64,000 nt of DNA from Spirochaetia bacterium (GTDB taxonomy: Bacteria > Spirochaetota > Spirochaetia > UBA9216), in assembly GCA_963675665.1 (NCBI GenBank), contig OY776510.1, positions 576,001 to 640,000 on the forward strand, given 5' to 3'. A program made the position numbers and the translations under genes. Below the pieces are notes generated by a model. That model had not been told where the DNA came from. It was given only the letters and a program-made list of their open reading frames with translations, and made no database searches. Below are positions 36,521 to 46,197 of the stretch, in pieces. The first letter of the stretch is position 1; each line of letters begins with the position of its first letter.

Positions 36521-38732
36521 AAAACGCCTCTCTGTCGGGAAACAGCAAAGTCACAGTCGTTCCTTTTTCTTTTTCACTGCTGATCCCTATTTCACCGCCC
36601 ATATTGTTCATTAATCGTTTGCATAAAGGAAGCCCGAGCCCCACGCCGCCGCCGGGTTTGCCCTTTGTATAAAAAAGTTCAAACACGTTTGAAAGTTCAT
36701 CTTCATCCATCCCGCATCCGTTGTCTTTTAGAATAATCTTCGTTCCGCCTGAAACCTTTTCCAAATCCGCGACCAGAATAACATCTTCATCGCCGCAGGT
36801 CTCGATTGCATTCTTGATTATGTTGAAAAGCACCTGCTTTAAACTGTCTCTGCTGCAAAACAGTTCGCTCCTGCTCAATGTATGCAGTATATAAAAACTG
36901 ATTTTCCTTTTTTTGAATTTCAACCTGAAGAAATCAGCATGCTGCTTTTTTATTTCCGTTCCATCATAAAATTCCTGAACAATCTTGTTCGAAGCCTTGG
37001 GATCAAAAAACCATATGACCTCTGAAAAGATCTCGCCGAGATCAATAAGTTCCGGTTGAATTTTTTCATCACGTGAAAATTTCAAGAGATTGTTTATCAA
37101 TCTGCTGACCCTTTTAATTTCGGATTCTATCCTTCCTATGAAACGTTGTTCTTCCTCCTCAGAAAGAGCATCAGTCTGAAGCAGCTGAACATGGTTTAAA
37201 ATAATGCTCATCGGATTGTTAATCTCATGCGCCAGCCCTGCCGCCATCTGCCCTACCGAAGCCAGACGATCCGAATGGATCAGCGCCCTCTCCATATCCA
37301 TATGCTCGGTAACATTATTCAGCACCAGAACCACGGCGCTTAAAGAGCGATCGGTTTCTATCACCGGATAGAAATCCATCTCATATGATGTTATTCCGAA
37401 TTTAACCGAATAAAGACGTATAAAACTCTTGCTTTCCAGCACATTTTCAATCGTTTTCTTAAGCAGCTGTTTCTCCTGCAGAAAAGGCTCGGTTTCAAGA
37501 AGGTCTTTTCCATACTGTTCTTCTGTCAGCTCCAGCCTGCTTGAAACATTTTTACTGACGACTTTAATTTTCCTTTCCGGATCAAGCACAATAATATTGA
37601 TTCGCAGGCTCTGGAAAACCGCGTCAATATAAGTGTTTTTAACCGCAAGTTCTTCGTTCTGACGCTGCAGCTCGTCCCGGTTTCGCTTGAGAACCTCAAC
37701 CATATCGTTGAAATTCCTGTTCAGCAAACCAATTTCATCACGGCTTCTGACATCCACCCTGCTGTTGTAATTGCCGGACGATATTGCATCGGTTGCAGTT
37801 AAAAGCGAATTTATAGCTCTGATAAGCCTGATTTCCTTTATAAAAAAGGTGACTACCGGAATCATTATACACAATAGCGTTATCGCCATCAGGCGCTGCA
37901 TCAGGTATGATTCGCCGCCGAAAAGACTTGCCCGTTCAATATACAAAACCAGATCCCCTACAGCTTCTTCCCCCAGTTCAAAAGGAATCACCACCCCGGA
38001 GTAGGTTGTACTGCCGACCCTGAAACTTTTTCGGGGATTGTTTTCTGCATCTGAAACGGTATTTTTGACGGCTTCAATCGCAGCTTCCTGAGAATTGAAC
38101 ATCACTGCATTTCTGGAGATAAGCGCATATTCTATTCCAAAGGTTTTCGCATATTCCAGTAAAAAATCTTCATTGTAGCTGTGAATAAACTGAACAAGCC
38201 CGACCAGCCGTCCGTCTGAAAAGATTGGATAAACAATATCAAGATATATTCCGTCGGGGTATCGTCTGTAGGTAATTTTGTTGTACAGGGTCTGCACCAG
38301 ATCTTTATAGAGAACAGACGGCAGATATTGACTGTTTCCGTGGACGGCAACCGGATAAAAGCTTGTTTTATCACGTCTGTAAAGTGCAATAACTTCAATA
38401 TTGCTGTCGTGAGAAATGTTTTTCAGAAAATCAGCTACCGGTTCAAGATCATAAGCAATAAGACTCTCTGTAAGCTGATTCCAGTATTTTTCGTATACAT
38501 AAAACTTGTCCCGCAGCAACTTCGTATCAGCTGCCTCTTTGATGGTAGTAATATATATTTTTTCAGTTTCAATAATCTCGTTTTCCAGGTTATCTCTTAT
38601 ACTTTCAAGATATTCCCATTGGGATATTGCACTGCTCTGATAAATCATAAAAGCTGAGAAAAATACAATTATCAGCATCGGAATCAGAATTGTGAAAAAG
38701 GAAAGTATTAAAAGCTTGGTTACGAGCTTCAT
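36513..38732 (-). CDS. Membrane sensor histidine kinase (periplasmic domain, HAMP, PAS, HisKA, HATPase)
   Basis: Two TM segments, RDEIGLL (HAMP), AHEINNP, DNGCGM, GLGL. Confidence 0.92.
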   Translation of the reverse strand: MKLVTKLLILSFFTILIPMLIIVFFSAFMIYQSSAISQWEYLESIRDNLENEIIETEKIYITTIKEAADTKLLRDKFYVYEKYWNQLTESLIAYDLEPVADFLKNISHDSNIEVIALYRRDKTSFYPVAVHGNSQYLPSVLYKDLVQTLYNKITYRRYPDGIYLDIVYPIFSDGRLVGLVQFIHSYNEDFLLEYAKTFGIEYALISRNAVMFNSQEAAIEAVKNTVSDAENNPRKSFRVGSTTYSGVVIPFELGEEAVGDLVLYIERASLFGGESYLMQRLMAITLLCIMIPVVTFFIKEIRLIRAINSLLTATDAISSGNYNSRVDVRSRDEIGLLNRNFNDMVEVLKRNRDELQRQNEELAVKNTYIDAVFQSLRINIIVLDPERKIKVVSKNVSSRLELTEEQYGKDLLETEPFLQEKQLLKKTIENVLESKSFIRLYSVKFGITSYEMDFYPVIETDRSLSAVVLVLNNVTEHMDMERALIHSDRLASVGQMAAGLAHEINNPMSIILNHVQLLQTDALSEEEEQRFIGRIESEIKRVSRLINNLLKFSRDEKIQPELIDLGEIFSEVIWFFDPKASNKIVQEFYDGTEIKKQHADFFRLKFKKRKISFYILHTLSRSELFCSRDSLKQVLFNIIKNAIETCGDEDVILVADLEKVSGGTKIILKDNGCGMDEDELSNVFELFYTKGKPGGGVGLGLPLCKRLMNNMGGEIGISSEKEKGTTVTLLFPDREAFYG

Positions 38733-38828
38733 TTGCTATCCGAAAAATACATATGGTGTGCACATCCAAAAAAACATTCTGTAATACTAGGGCCCGTTTG
38801 TGCAATTGTCAACCGGGAAATTATGAGA

Positions 38829-39680
38829 TCAATCCGGCCAGACAGTTCGCATATGTCGTTCTACAAATTCACGGGCTTCTTTTACTTCATCGAACGTGTC
38901 TTTCCGTTCATTTGCCCACATCTCAAGAATAAACATTCCTGTATATCCGGTATTCCTTACAGCCTCGAAACATTTCGGAAAATCAACCGTTCCGTCGCCG
39001 AAGGATATGTTTCTTACTATCCCGGGTTTTGTATCCTTGATATGCATTGCAGCGATATGCCCTCCTGCCGATTCAATATCCGCTTCCACATCCTGTCCCA
39101 TTGCCGTACTGTTGCCGATATCGACATACGCCTGAAGATACGGAGAATTAATCCGTTTTACGTGTTCCATAACCTTCTGTATTGAATCCATAAACGGAAC
39201 GCCCATATTTTCAATTGCAAGCGTTACTCCAAGCCCGGCTGCAAATTTAACGCTTTTATCAAGATTACCGGAAAAATAAGCTGCTGACTCTTCCGTACTT
39301 TCATGCCCTTCCAGTTCATCATAACCGGCCACCTGCACAACCCGGATCCCGAGATCCGACGCCAGAATTATTGCCTTTTTCATTATTTCCATGGCTTTCA
39401 ACCTGACGCCGTCATCAGTACTTCCGAGCGGAAAGCGATGGTTCCCGCTTAACGCCATGGTCGGAACATAGAGGCCGGAAGAATCTTTCTGTGATCTGAA
39501 TTCTTTTCTTTTCGCAGCCGACCAGTCAAGTCTGGCCTGACGTTCATCGCTGTCGTCCACCGAAAATTCTACAAATTTATAGCCGGCCTGCGCAGCCTGC
39601 TCAAAGCGCTCCGGCCAGCTTAAATGCCCCGGCAGCGCCTTTTCGTACAGGCCCAGTTTGAAATCAGCAAAGCAACTCAT
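38829..39680 (-). CDS. ulaE: L-xylulose-5-phosphate 3-epimerase (UlaE/SgbU)
   Basis: GLYEKALP, FVEFSVD, RLDW, HRFPLGS, QVAGYD, HIKDT, LEMW. Confidence 0.88.
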   Translation of the reverse strand: MSCFADFKLGLYEKALPGHLSWPERFEQAAQAGYKFVEFSVDDSDERQARLDWSAAKRKEFRSQKDSSGLYVPTMALSGNHRFPLGSTDDGVRLKAMEIMKKAIILASDLGIRVVQVAGYDELEGHESTEESAAYFSGNLDKSVKFAAGLGVTLAIENMGVPFMDSIQKVMEHVKRINSPYLQAYVDIGNSTAMGQDVEADIESAGGHIAAMHIKDTKPGIVRNISFGDGTVDFPKCFEAVRNTGYTGMFILEMWANERKDTFDEVKEAREFVERHMRTVWPD

Positions 39681-40321
39681 TATTTTTTCTGACCGTAATC
39701 CTTGAAGACATCAATAGCTTCCTGATACTGCTCATCAGTAAGAAGAACCGGGTCTCCCATCGCTTTGGCTATAAATAATGTTTTAAGTGCATCTTCCATA
39801 TATACTGCAGCGTAAAGCGCTTCTTTTATTGTTTTACCAACCGTAATTACGCCGTGATTTTTCAGAATAACCGCGTTTGCATCGCCGATGTTATTTACTG
39901 TTTCTTCCCCCATCGCCAGACTTGCTGCCGAACTGAACGGAGCTACATTAACAACCCCTGCACATGCATTTGCAAGAGTAGTCACTGCTGGCGGAACCTG
40001 ATCGTAAACCATTCCTATTGCGGTTGCATAAGGCTGATGTGTGTGGATGATCGCATTTACCCTGCTCATATTCCTGTAAACATGCAGCAAGGCTATAGAA
40101 TCTACCGAAGGCCTTCTTGTTCCTTCAATAACGTTACCGTCAATATCAAGAGTGACAATATCGTCGGTAACCATACCCTCATATGCCATTCCCGAAGGCG
40201 TTACAAGAATTTTGTCGCCCGGAAGCCTGCAGCTTACGTTTCCGCCCGACAGAGAAATCAGTTTATTTTCTTTCAAAGCCAGACCGGTTTTGATTAATTC
40301 ATTCTTTTCCTGTTCGTACAT
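39680..40321 (-). CDS. Class II aldolase family protein, probable L-ribulose-5-phosphate 4-epimerase
   Basis: GNVS, TPSG, RPSVD (Asp as in AraD, not Glu as in FucA), HTH and NHG zinc ligands; coupled to ulaE. Confidence 0.75.
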   Translation of the reverse strand: MYEQEKNELIKTGLALKENKLISLSGGNVSCRLPGDKILVTPSGMAYEGMVTDDIVTLDIDGNVIEGTRRPSVDSIALLHVYRNMSRVNAIIHTHQPYATAIGMVYDQVPPAVTTLANACAGVVNVAPFSSAASLAMGEETVNNIGDANAVILKNHGVITVGKTIKEALYAAVYMEDALKTLFIAKAMGDPVLLTDEQYQEAIDVFKDYGQKK

Positions 40322-40342
40322 AATTCTCTCCAAAATCGAATA

Positions 40343-40387
40343 ATTTCATGACATATTACAATTAACATATTTTTTGACGTTTGTCAA
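40343..40387. promoter_or_regulatory. Promoter/operator with tandem TGACAWWTGTCA-like boxes
   Basis: TGACATATTACA, TAACATATTTTT, TGACGTTTGTCA; TTGACA on the minus strand at 40382-40387. Confidence 0.5.
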
Positions 40388-40487
40388 ATTGAATTCCTGC
40401 AAACCGGCCACGGCAAAACAGACAGGGTACTGAATAACAATTTACCCTCTTGCATAACAGCCCTTATCACTGCTATAAATATTACAA

Positions 40488-40559
40488 ATGCAGATAATAA
40501 CAGTTACAACAACAACCAAACCAGTTCTCTTTTTGATCCGTTCGGTGGTTGTTCCGTAA
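40488..40559 (+). CDS. Thr/Ile-rich attenuator leader peptide MQIITVTTTTKPVLFLIRSVVVP
   Basis: 23-codon ORF with ATA ATA ACA GTT ACA ACA ACA ACC, upstream of a terminator and asd. Confidence 0.8.
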   Translation: MQIITVTTTTKPVLFLIRSVVVP

Positions 40560-40584
40560 ACTGCAATTTGAATATTGCAATTTC

Positions 40585-40613
40585 AGCCCCGCCGAAAAGG
40601 CGGGGCTTTTTTT
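40585..40613 (+). terminator. Attenuator terminator hairpin
   Basis: AGCCCCGCC-GAAAA-GGCGGGGCT then a T-run; TTCGGTGG (40541-40548) can pair with its 5' arm as an antiterminator. Confidence 0.85.
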
Positions 40614-40630
40614 ATATCTGGAGGTATAGA

Positions 40631-41716
40631 ATGAATGAAAAAATTCCCGTAGGAATTCTCGGCGCAACCGGAATGGTCGGACAGAATTATGTTTCCCTGT
40701 TGGAAAACCACCCATGGTTTGAAGTCACCTTCCTGGCAGCCTCAGAACACTCGGCAGGACAGGAATATGCTTCTGCAATCAAAAAGCGGTGGAGAATGCC
40801 GGGCAAACCGCCCGAAGCCGTCGGAAAGCTTCCGGTATTTAATGTGAAAGACACAGCATCGGCCCAAAAAAAATGTCGATTGGTCTTTTCCGCTTTCTCC
40901 ATGAGCAAAAACGAAACCCTTCAACTGGAGCGGGAATATGCAGCAGCGGGAATGGCGGTGATATCGAACAATTCCGCGCACCGGTTGAAGGACAATGTTC
41001 CCATCATAATGCCCGAAGTTAATCCCGAACTGCTGGAAATTATCCCCGGACAACAACAGAAAGAAGGCTGGAACAAGGGCTTTATCGTTACAAAACCCAA
41101 TTGCGGGGTCCAGAGTTATGTTCTTCCTGTAGCGGCCCTGAAAAAGAGCGGACTGAAGATAGATCAGATTATCACAACCAATCTCCAGGCCCTGTCCGGT
41201 GCGGGTTATCCCGGACAATCCGCCCTGGATGTACTTGATAATCTCATTCCGCTTCCGTCGGAGGAAGAAAAGGCTTTTAACGAACCGCAAAAAATCTTCG
41301 GAAAACTGGAAGGAGACCGTATAGTCTCCGATCAGAATCTGAAGATATCATCCAACTGCGTCCGCGTCCCCGTCATAGACGGACACAGCAGCTGCGTCTG
41401 GTTCTCGGTTCAGGGAGCCCAACCGGAAATAGCCGAAATCGAGGATATTTTCCGAAATTTCCGGGGTGTACCCCAGGAACAGAACCTTCCTTCCGCGCCC
41501 CAACCGGTTCTGCGTTACACTCGCGATCCTTCACATCCCCAGCCCAGACTGGATCGAAACGCGGGAAACGGTATGGCCGTTACAATCGGCAGGCTTCAAA
41601 AAGCCCCGGTATTGGGATACCGCTTTACAGCCCTCTCCCACAATACCCTAAGAGGGGCTGCCGGAGGAGCAATTCTTACGGCAGAATTGCTGGTTTCGAG
41701 AGGATATGTTGCTTAG
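40631..41716 (+). CDS. asd: Aspartate-semialdehyde dehydrogenase
   Basis: GATGMVG, PEVN, KPNC, QALSGAG, RVPVIDGH, HNTLRGAAG. Confidence 0.95.
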   Translation: MNEKIPVGILGATGMVGQNYVSLLENHPWFEVTFLAASEHSAGQEYASAIKKRWRMPGKPPEAVGKLPVFNVKDTASAQKKCRLVFSAFSMSKNETLQLEREYAAAGMAVISNNSAHRLKDNVPIIMPEVNPELLEIIPGQQQKEGWNKGFIVTKPNCGVQSYVLPVAALKKSGLKIDQIITTNLQALSGAGYPGQSALDVLDNLIPLPSEEEKAFNEPQKIFGKLEGDRIVSDQNLKISSNCVRVPVIDGHSSCVWFSVQGAQPEIAEIEDIFRNFRGVPQEQNLPSAPQPVLRYTRDPSHPQPRLDRNAGNGMAVTIGRLQKAPVLGYRFTALSHNTLRGAAGGAILTAELLVSRGYVA

Positions 41717-41759
41717 GTTGAAGAAAGAATGCTGTTAAAACTCTTTCAAGACAGATAAA

Positions 41760-41791
41760 ATAAGCCCGCAGAATCCTGCCTGCGGGCTTAT
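41760..41791. terminator. Bidirectional terminator between convergent genes
   Basis: ATAAGCCCGCAG/CTGCGGGCTTAT stem. Confidence 0.75.
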
Positions 41792-41814
41792 GCTTTTTAG
41801 ACAAAGACTCCCAA

Positions 41815-43089
41815 TCAGAATCCTGCTTTCAGACTCTTATCGTCAATAGCTTTCTTATATTCAGAATCCAGTTCCATCATTCCAACCGGAAACTTATAAC
41901 GTTCCATCCTTTCCATAAAAGGCTCTGAAGGAAAATTTTCCGGTCCAAGAACTCCCGCATCCTTCCAGATTCCCTTTGCTACCAGTTCCATCATAATAAC
42001 CGGGTTGAAAGCAGTCTGGGCAACAACAGCCTGGCTGCCGTACATCTTCATTGCTTCTTCATTATCAACAAGCTGGTAGATATAAACGGATCGTTCCTTT
42101 CCGTTTTTTATTCCCTTAATCCAGATTCCGGCGGACAACTGCCCTTTCATCAAATCGCCTATCTTTGCCGGGTCGGGTGAACATGCAGCAACAACATCGC
42201 GGGGAGAAACCTCAACCCCTTTAACATTAACTTTTTCAGTTTTATCAAGGCCAAGGGCTTCCAGGGTTTTCAGCACCCGTCTCATGTCACGGTCAACACC
42301 GAATTTAAAAGTTGCGCGCCTGAGTCCTTTTCCGGCAAAATAGCGCGGCAGCATCAAAACCTCTTCATGTTCGATATTAATAACCTCCTGATCGCCTACC
42401 GGTTCGGGGAATCTGAAGATCTCCGGCTCGGAAAAGGATTCGGTAACAAACCATCCCTTTTCTTTTTCCCATATTACCGGCGGGTTAAGACACTCTTCTA
42501 TCGTTGTCCAGATAGAAAAACCGAAAGCTATATCCAGCCCTTCAACCGTGAGATTATCAGCATCACGAACATTCAGCTCATGAATCTCGTCAAAAAGATG
42601 ATCATCCGCGTACCGGGAAAAAACATTTACCATTCCCGGTTCAACGCCTGAACCGCAGATAGCCATAAGGCCTTTCTTTTTCCACTCCTCATGCTTTGCA
42701 TACTGCAGGTCTCCAAGTTTAAGCGCTATAGTTCCATAAGGATCATTCGCATCTCGAACCGATAAACTCATTGCCATATCCATATACGTACAGCCGTATT
42801 CATAGGCCGCGTCAAAAATCGGCATATTAAAAACCGGATCACACGCATTCATAATAAAATCGACGCTGTATTTCTCAGCAAGCGCTTTAACCTCATTCTT
42901 GTTTCCTGCATCGATCTTTTCGGCCGTAAACCTGTCGTCTTTCAGCCCGGCAACAACCTCCTGCGCTCTTGCAAGGTTATAGTCGCAGACTATCATCTTT
43001 TCCATCCATTCAGCTTTTGTATCATTTTTTGATGCGATTGATGCAATCGCTGTTCCTACGCCCCCCGAACCTACCAATAATATCTTCAT
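41815..43089 (-). CDS. Saccharopine dehydrogenase / carboxy(nor)spermidine synthase family protein
   Basis: GSGGVG Rossmann motif, NACDP, YMDMA, GVEPG, EHEE. Confidence 0.8.
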   Translation of the reverse strand: MKILLVGSGGVGTAIASIASKNDTKAEWMEKMIVCDYNLARAQEVVAGLKDDRFTAEKIDAGNKNEVKALAEKYSVDFIMNACDPVFNMPIFDAAYEYGCTYMDMAMSLSVRDANDPYGTIALKLGDLQYAKHEEWKKKGLMAICGSGVEPGMVNVFSRYADDHLFDEIHELNVRDADNLTVEGLDIAFGFSIWTTIEECLNPPVIWEKEKGWFVTESFSEPEIFRFPEPVGDQEVINIEHEEVLMLPRYFAGKGLRRATFKFGVDRDMRRVLKTLEALGLDKTEKVNVKGVEVSPRDVVAACSPDPAKIGDLMKGQLSAGIWIKGIKNGKERSVYIYQLVDNEEAMKMYGSQAVVAQTAFNPVIMMELVAKGIWKDAGVLGPENFPSEPFMERMERYKFPVGMMELDSEYKKAIDDKSLKAGF

Positions 43090-43105
43090 ATTTATACTCC
43101 TGTTT

Positions 43106-43125
43106 TTGTTTGTATGTACAAACAA
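43106..43125. promoter_or_regulatory. Palindromic TetR-type operator
   Basis: TTGTTTGTA-TG-TACAAACAA; a related TTGTTTATACGTTCAA at 43778-43793 lies upstream of the tetR gene. Confidence 0.6.
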
Positions 43126-43154
43126 TATTAAATCGAAAAAGAACCGATCCCCGG

Positions 43155-43757
43155 TCAATTCTTTTCAAGTTTCTCAAAATAAGAAATAAACATTTCCTTA
43201 ACAACAGAGGCAGCTGCATCTGTTTTTTTATCATCATTCAGAATTGAGTAATAATAACTGATTCCTTCACTCATCATGATAACAGCGGCTGAAACGGCTT
43301 CCGGATCCGCATCAATTCCGGAGTCTTTCAGTATTATATCCATTTCCCGCTTTACCGCAGAGGTGTCCCTGTTATAAAGATCTTCAAAACACTTGTTTAT
43401 CCGCTTGTTTCTCAAGCTCAGATTATATACATCATACCATACCCGGTCTTCAACAACCTGTCGGGAGAATTCCCACAGTCTTGCATCAAGTATTGCTTCT
43501 ATACGTTTTCGTGAATCAGTAATTTTATTATAATCGAGCATTACAGACTCATCATAGATTTCAACCATATAATCCGCAAGTGATTCAATAATATCATCTT
43601 TGGATTTAAAATAATGGGTAAGAAGGCTGGTCGCCACTCCCATATGTTCAGCAATCTTGGCCAGGGTTGTATTTTCCAACCCTTCTCTGCTTACTACCTC
43701 ATACGCGCTCTTTAAAATCTCGGGCCTTCGCTCGTCAGCCTTACTCTTTCGTCCCAT
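43155..43757 (-). CDS. TetR family regulator
   Basis: EILKSAYEV..TTLAKIAEHMGV..HYFKSKDD. Confidence 0.92.
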   Translation of the reverse strand: MGRKSKADERRPEILKSAYEVVSREGLENTTLAKIAEHMGVATSLLTHYFKSKDDIIESLADYMVEIYDESVMLDYNKITDSRKRIEAILDARLWEFSRQVVEDRVWYDVYNLSLRNKRINKCFEDLYNRDTSAVKREMDIILKDSGIDADPEAVSAAVIMMSEGISYYYSILNDDKKTDAAASVVKEMFISYFEKLEKN

Positions 43758-43869
43758 TTACAACCGTCTATTATATATTGTTTATACGTTCAATCTATTT
43801 TAATCTCTGCTTCGAGGATTGTCAAGATTGTTTTCAAATACTATTCTATTATACACGAGGAGTTGATAT

Positions 43870-44685
43870 ATGAAAACAGAATTTACCTTATCTAACGGAA
43901 ACCTTATGCCTGCAATAGGCCTTGGCACATTCCGGATAGAAGACAACAGGATTGCTGCAGAAACGGTAAAAGCAGCCGTCGAGACAGGTTACCGTCATAT
44001 AGATACCGCCGCCGTCTACGGAAACGAAGAAGGGGTCGGCAAAGGTATAAAGGAGTGCGGCATAGCCCGTGAAAAAATATTTATTACAACCAAAATCTGG
44101 AATGAAAACCTGAGATCGGGGAAAATAAAAGAGGCTTTTCAGGAGAGCCTTAACCGGCTTGATACTGATTACGTTGATCTTTTACTTGTACACTGGCCAA
44201 CCGGAAACTACACCGAATACTGGAAACAGTTTGAGGATTTACACAGGGAAGGCCTGGTCAGGAATATTGGTGTTTCAAATTTCACCGTAAACATGCTGAA
44301 TGAGCTGCTGGACAGCTGTGAGATAAAACCAGCAGTAAACCAGGTTGAGCTGCATCCGCTTTTAACCCAGAAACCGCTTCTGAAGTACTGCAATAAAAAC
44401 AGGATTACATTGACCGCATGGTCCGGGTTCATGGTAGGCGAACTTCTGGAAAACCCTCAGATTTTAAAACTTGCTGAAAAATATAAAAAAACAGCAGCCC
44501 AGGTTATTCTAAGATGGAACTTTCAGAACGGGATTATAAATATACCAAAATCAGTACATAAAGAAAGAATGGCCGAAAATCTGAACATATTTGATTTTAC
44601 CATGGAACAGGACGACCTTTCACTAATCGACTCCATGAACCGGGACTTAAGAAAAGGTCCGGATCCCGAGAATTTTGGTTTCTGA
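43870..44685 (+). CDS. Aldo/keto reductase (2,5-DKG reductase-like)
   Basis: GLGT, IDTAAVY, TTKIW, VHWP, GVSNF, IPKS. Confidence 0.93.
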   Translation: MKTEFTLSNGNLMPAIGLGTFRIEDNRIAAETVKAAVETGYRHIDTAAVYGNEEGVGKGIKECGIAREKIFITTKIWNENLRSGKIKEAFQESLNRLDTDYVDLLLVHWPTGNYTEYWKQFEDLHREGLVRNIGVSNFTVNMLNELLDSCEIKPAVNQVELHPLLTQKPLLKYCNKNRITLTAWSGFMVGELLENPQILKLAEKYKKTAAQVILRWNFQNGIINIPKSVHKERMAENLNIFDFTMEQDDLSLIDSMNRDLRKGPDPENFGF

Positions 44686-44762
44686 ACCCCTTAAATGTCA
44701 AAAGAGAATGAGTTTGCGGATCATAACTTGCTTTTCAGCATATTATTTATTATCTATAGATT

Positions 44763-46187
44763 ATGACTAATCCGTTAAGGAGGACATCCCGTTCTCTTTT
44801 GATTCTGATATTTTTAAATGTTGTTCTCATCGTTCTGTTCTCATTTCGACTTCAGTCGCAGTTTGAGCAATCAAGTATTGATCTCAGGAAAAAAGAACTT
44901 AAAAGACTGGTAACCGTAGGTCTTCACAGTATAGAAAATTATCGTAATGATTATGCCGCCGGTCTTTTAACCAAAGAAAAAACACTTGAACTAATCACTA
45001 ATCATGTAAGAAGTCTTACATACGACGATGAACTGCAGCCGAATTATCTTTTCATGAGCAGTTATGACGGAATTATGCTGGTTCAACCCTTTGAACCCGA
45101 AAAGGAAGGCTCTAATCAATGGAATTTAAAAGATTCCGACGGCGGGTTTATTATCCGGAAACTGATTGACCAGGCAAAACGAGAACCGGGATATGTGTTT
45201 TATAATTACTTTCCGCCTGGTTCTGAGGTTCCGCAGATGAAGATTTCATATGTGGAAGGCCTGCAGGAACTTGAATGCTATATAGGAACAGGAATGTATA
45301 TATCGGACATAAAAACTCTTGTTAATGTTCACTTCAGGCAAACACTGCTTTTATACCTGCTGGTTTCCGGAATACTGATAATCAGCGCAATAGTTTATAT
45401 TCTGCCGCTGATTAATTCGGTTCAGTATATTGCCCGAAAGTTTGTGAACCTTGGAGAGGGTATTTTAACCGAAGCCCCGGAAATTTCTCCTGAAAGATTC
45501 AGAAAGGGCAGTGATTCTTACCGATTGGTGGAAGAGTTTTCAAAGATTACAGAACAGCTTGTTAACAGCAATAATAAATTATTAAAAACCACCGAAGAAC
45601 GCGGGTTTCTTGTAAAAGAAATGAATCACCGGGTTAAAAATAATCTTCAGATCATCATTTCACTTCTCAGGATACAGCAGGAGCAGAACGAAGATGAAAC
45701 AATAAAAAAAGCCTTTCTCGAATCAATCACAAGGCTTGAATCGATCAGCATCATACACAAGATGCTTTATTCCGGCGGAGATATCTCGACAATATCAGGC
45801 GAACGTTATCTGAAAGAACTGGTCGGTTTTATGATTCACAGCTATGGAGCCGAGGACAGAGTTGCTGTTGAATATGATACCGACAGCACGCTGTTGTCAA
45901 TGGAAAAAGCCGTACCGCTGGGAATAATTACCAACGAGGCCGTCACCAATTCAATTAAGTATGCTTTTCCTTCAGGCGGAAAGGGATCCATAAATATCCG
46001 GCTGAAATCGGAAAACAATAAAAAACATTATACAATCAGTGATAACGGGCCGGGCATTGATCTGACCCGGCTAAAAGAAAAAAGTTCCAGCCTCGGGATC
46101 AACCTGATCAGAAACCTGGCTAAACAGCTGAACGGAGAACTTACAATGAACACCGACGGAGGAACATCGTACACTATTGTATGGTAA
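44763..46187 (+). CDS. Cache-domain HisKA_2/HWE-type sensor histidine kinase
   Basis: TM-Cache-TM; EMNHRVKNNLQ, NEAVTNSIKYA, DNGPG. Confidence 0.9.
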   Translation: MTNPLRRTSRSLLILIFLNVVLIVLFSFRLQSQFEQSSIDLRKKELKRLVTVGLHSIENYRNDYAAGLLTKEKTLELITNHVRSLTYDDELQPNYLFMSSYDGIMLVQPFEPEKEGSNQWNLKDSDGGFIIRKLIDQAKREPGYVFYNYFPPGSEVPQMKISYVEGLQELECYIGTGMYISDIKTLVNVHFRQTLLLYLLVSGILIISAIVYILPLINSVQYIARKFVNLGEGILTEAPEISPERFRKGSDSYRLVEEFSKITEQLVNSNNKLLKTTEERGFLVKEMNHRVKNNLQIIISLLRIQQEQNEDETIKKAFLESITRLESISIIHKMLYSGGDISTISGERYLKELVGFMIHSYGAEDRVAVEYDTDSTLLSMEKAVPLGIITNEAVTNSIKYAFPSGGKGSINIRLKSENNKKHYTISDNGPGIDLTRLKEKSSSLGINLIRNLAKQLNGELTMNTDGGTSYTIVW

Positions 46188-46197
46188 AATACCTGTT

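Noticed and set aside
23100-40321. L-ascorbate (ula/yia) pathway
   Set aside because: No 3-keto-L-gulonate-6P decarboxylase, UlaG or PTS in the window
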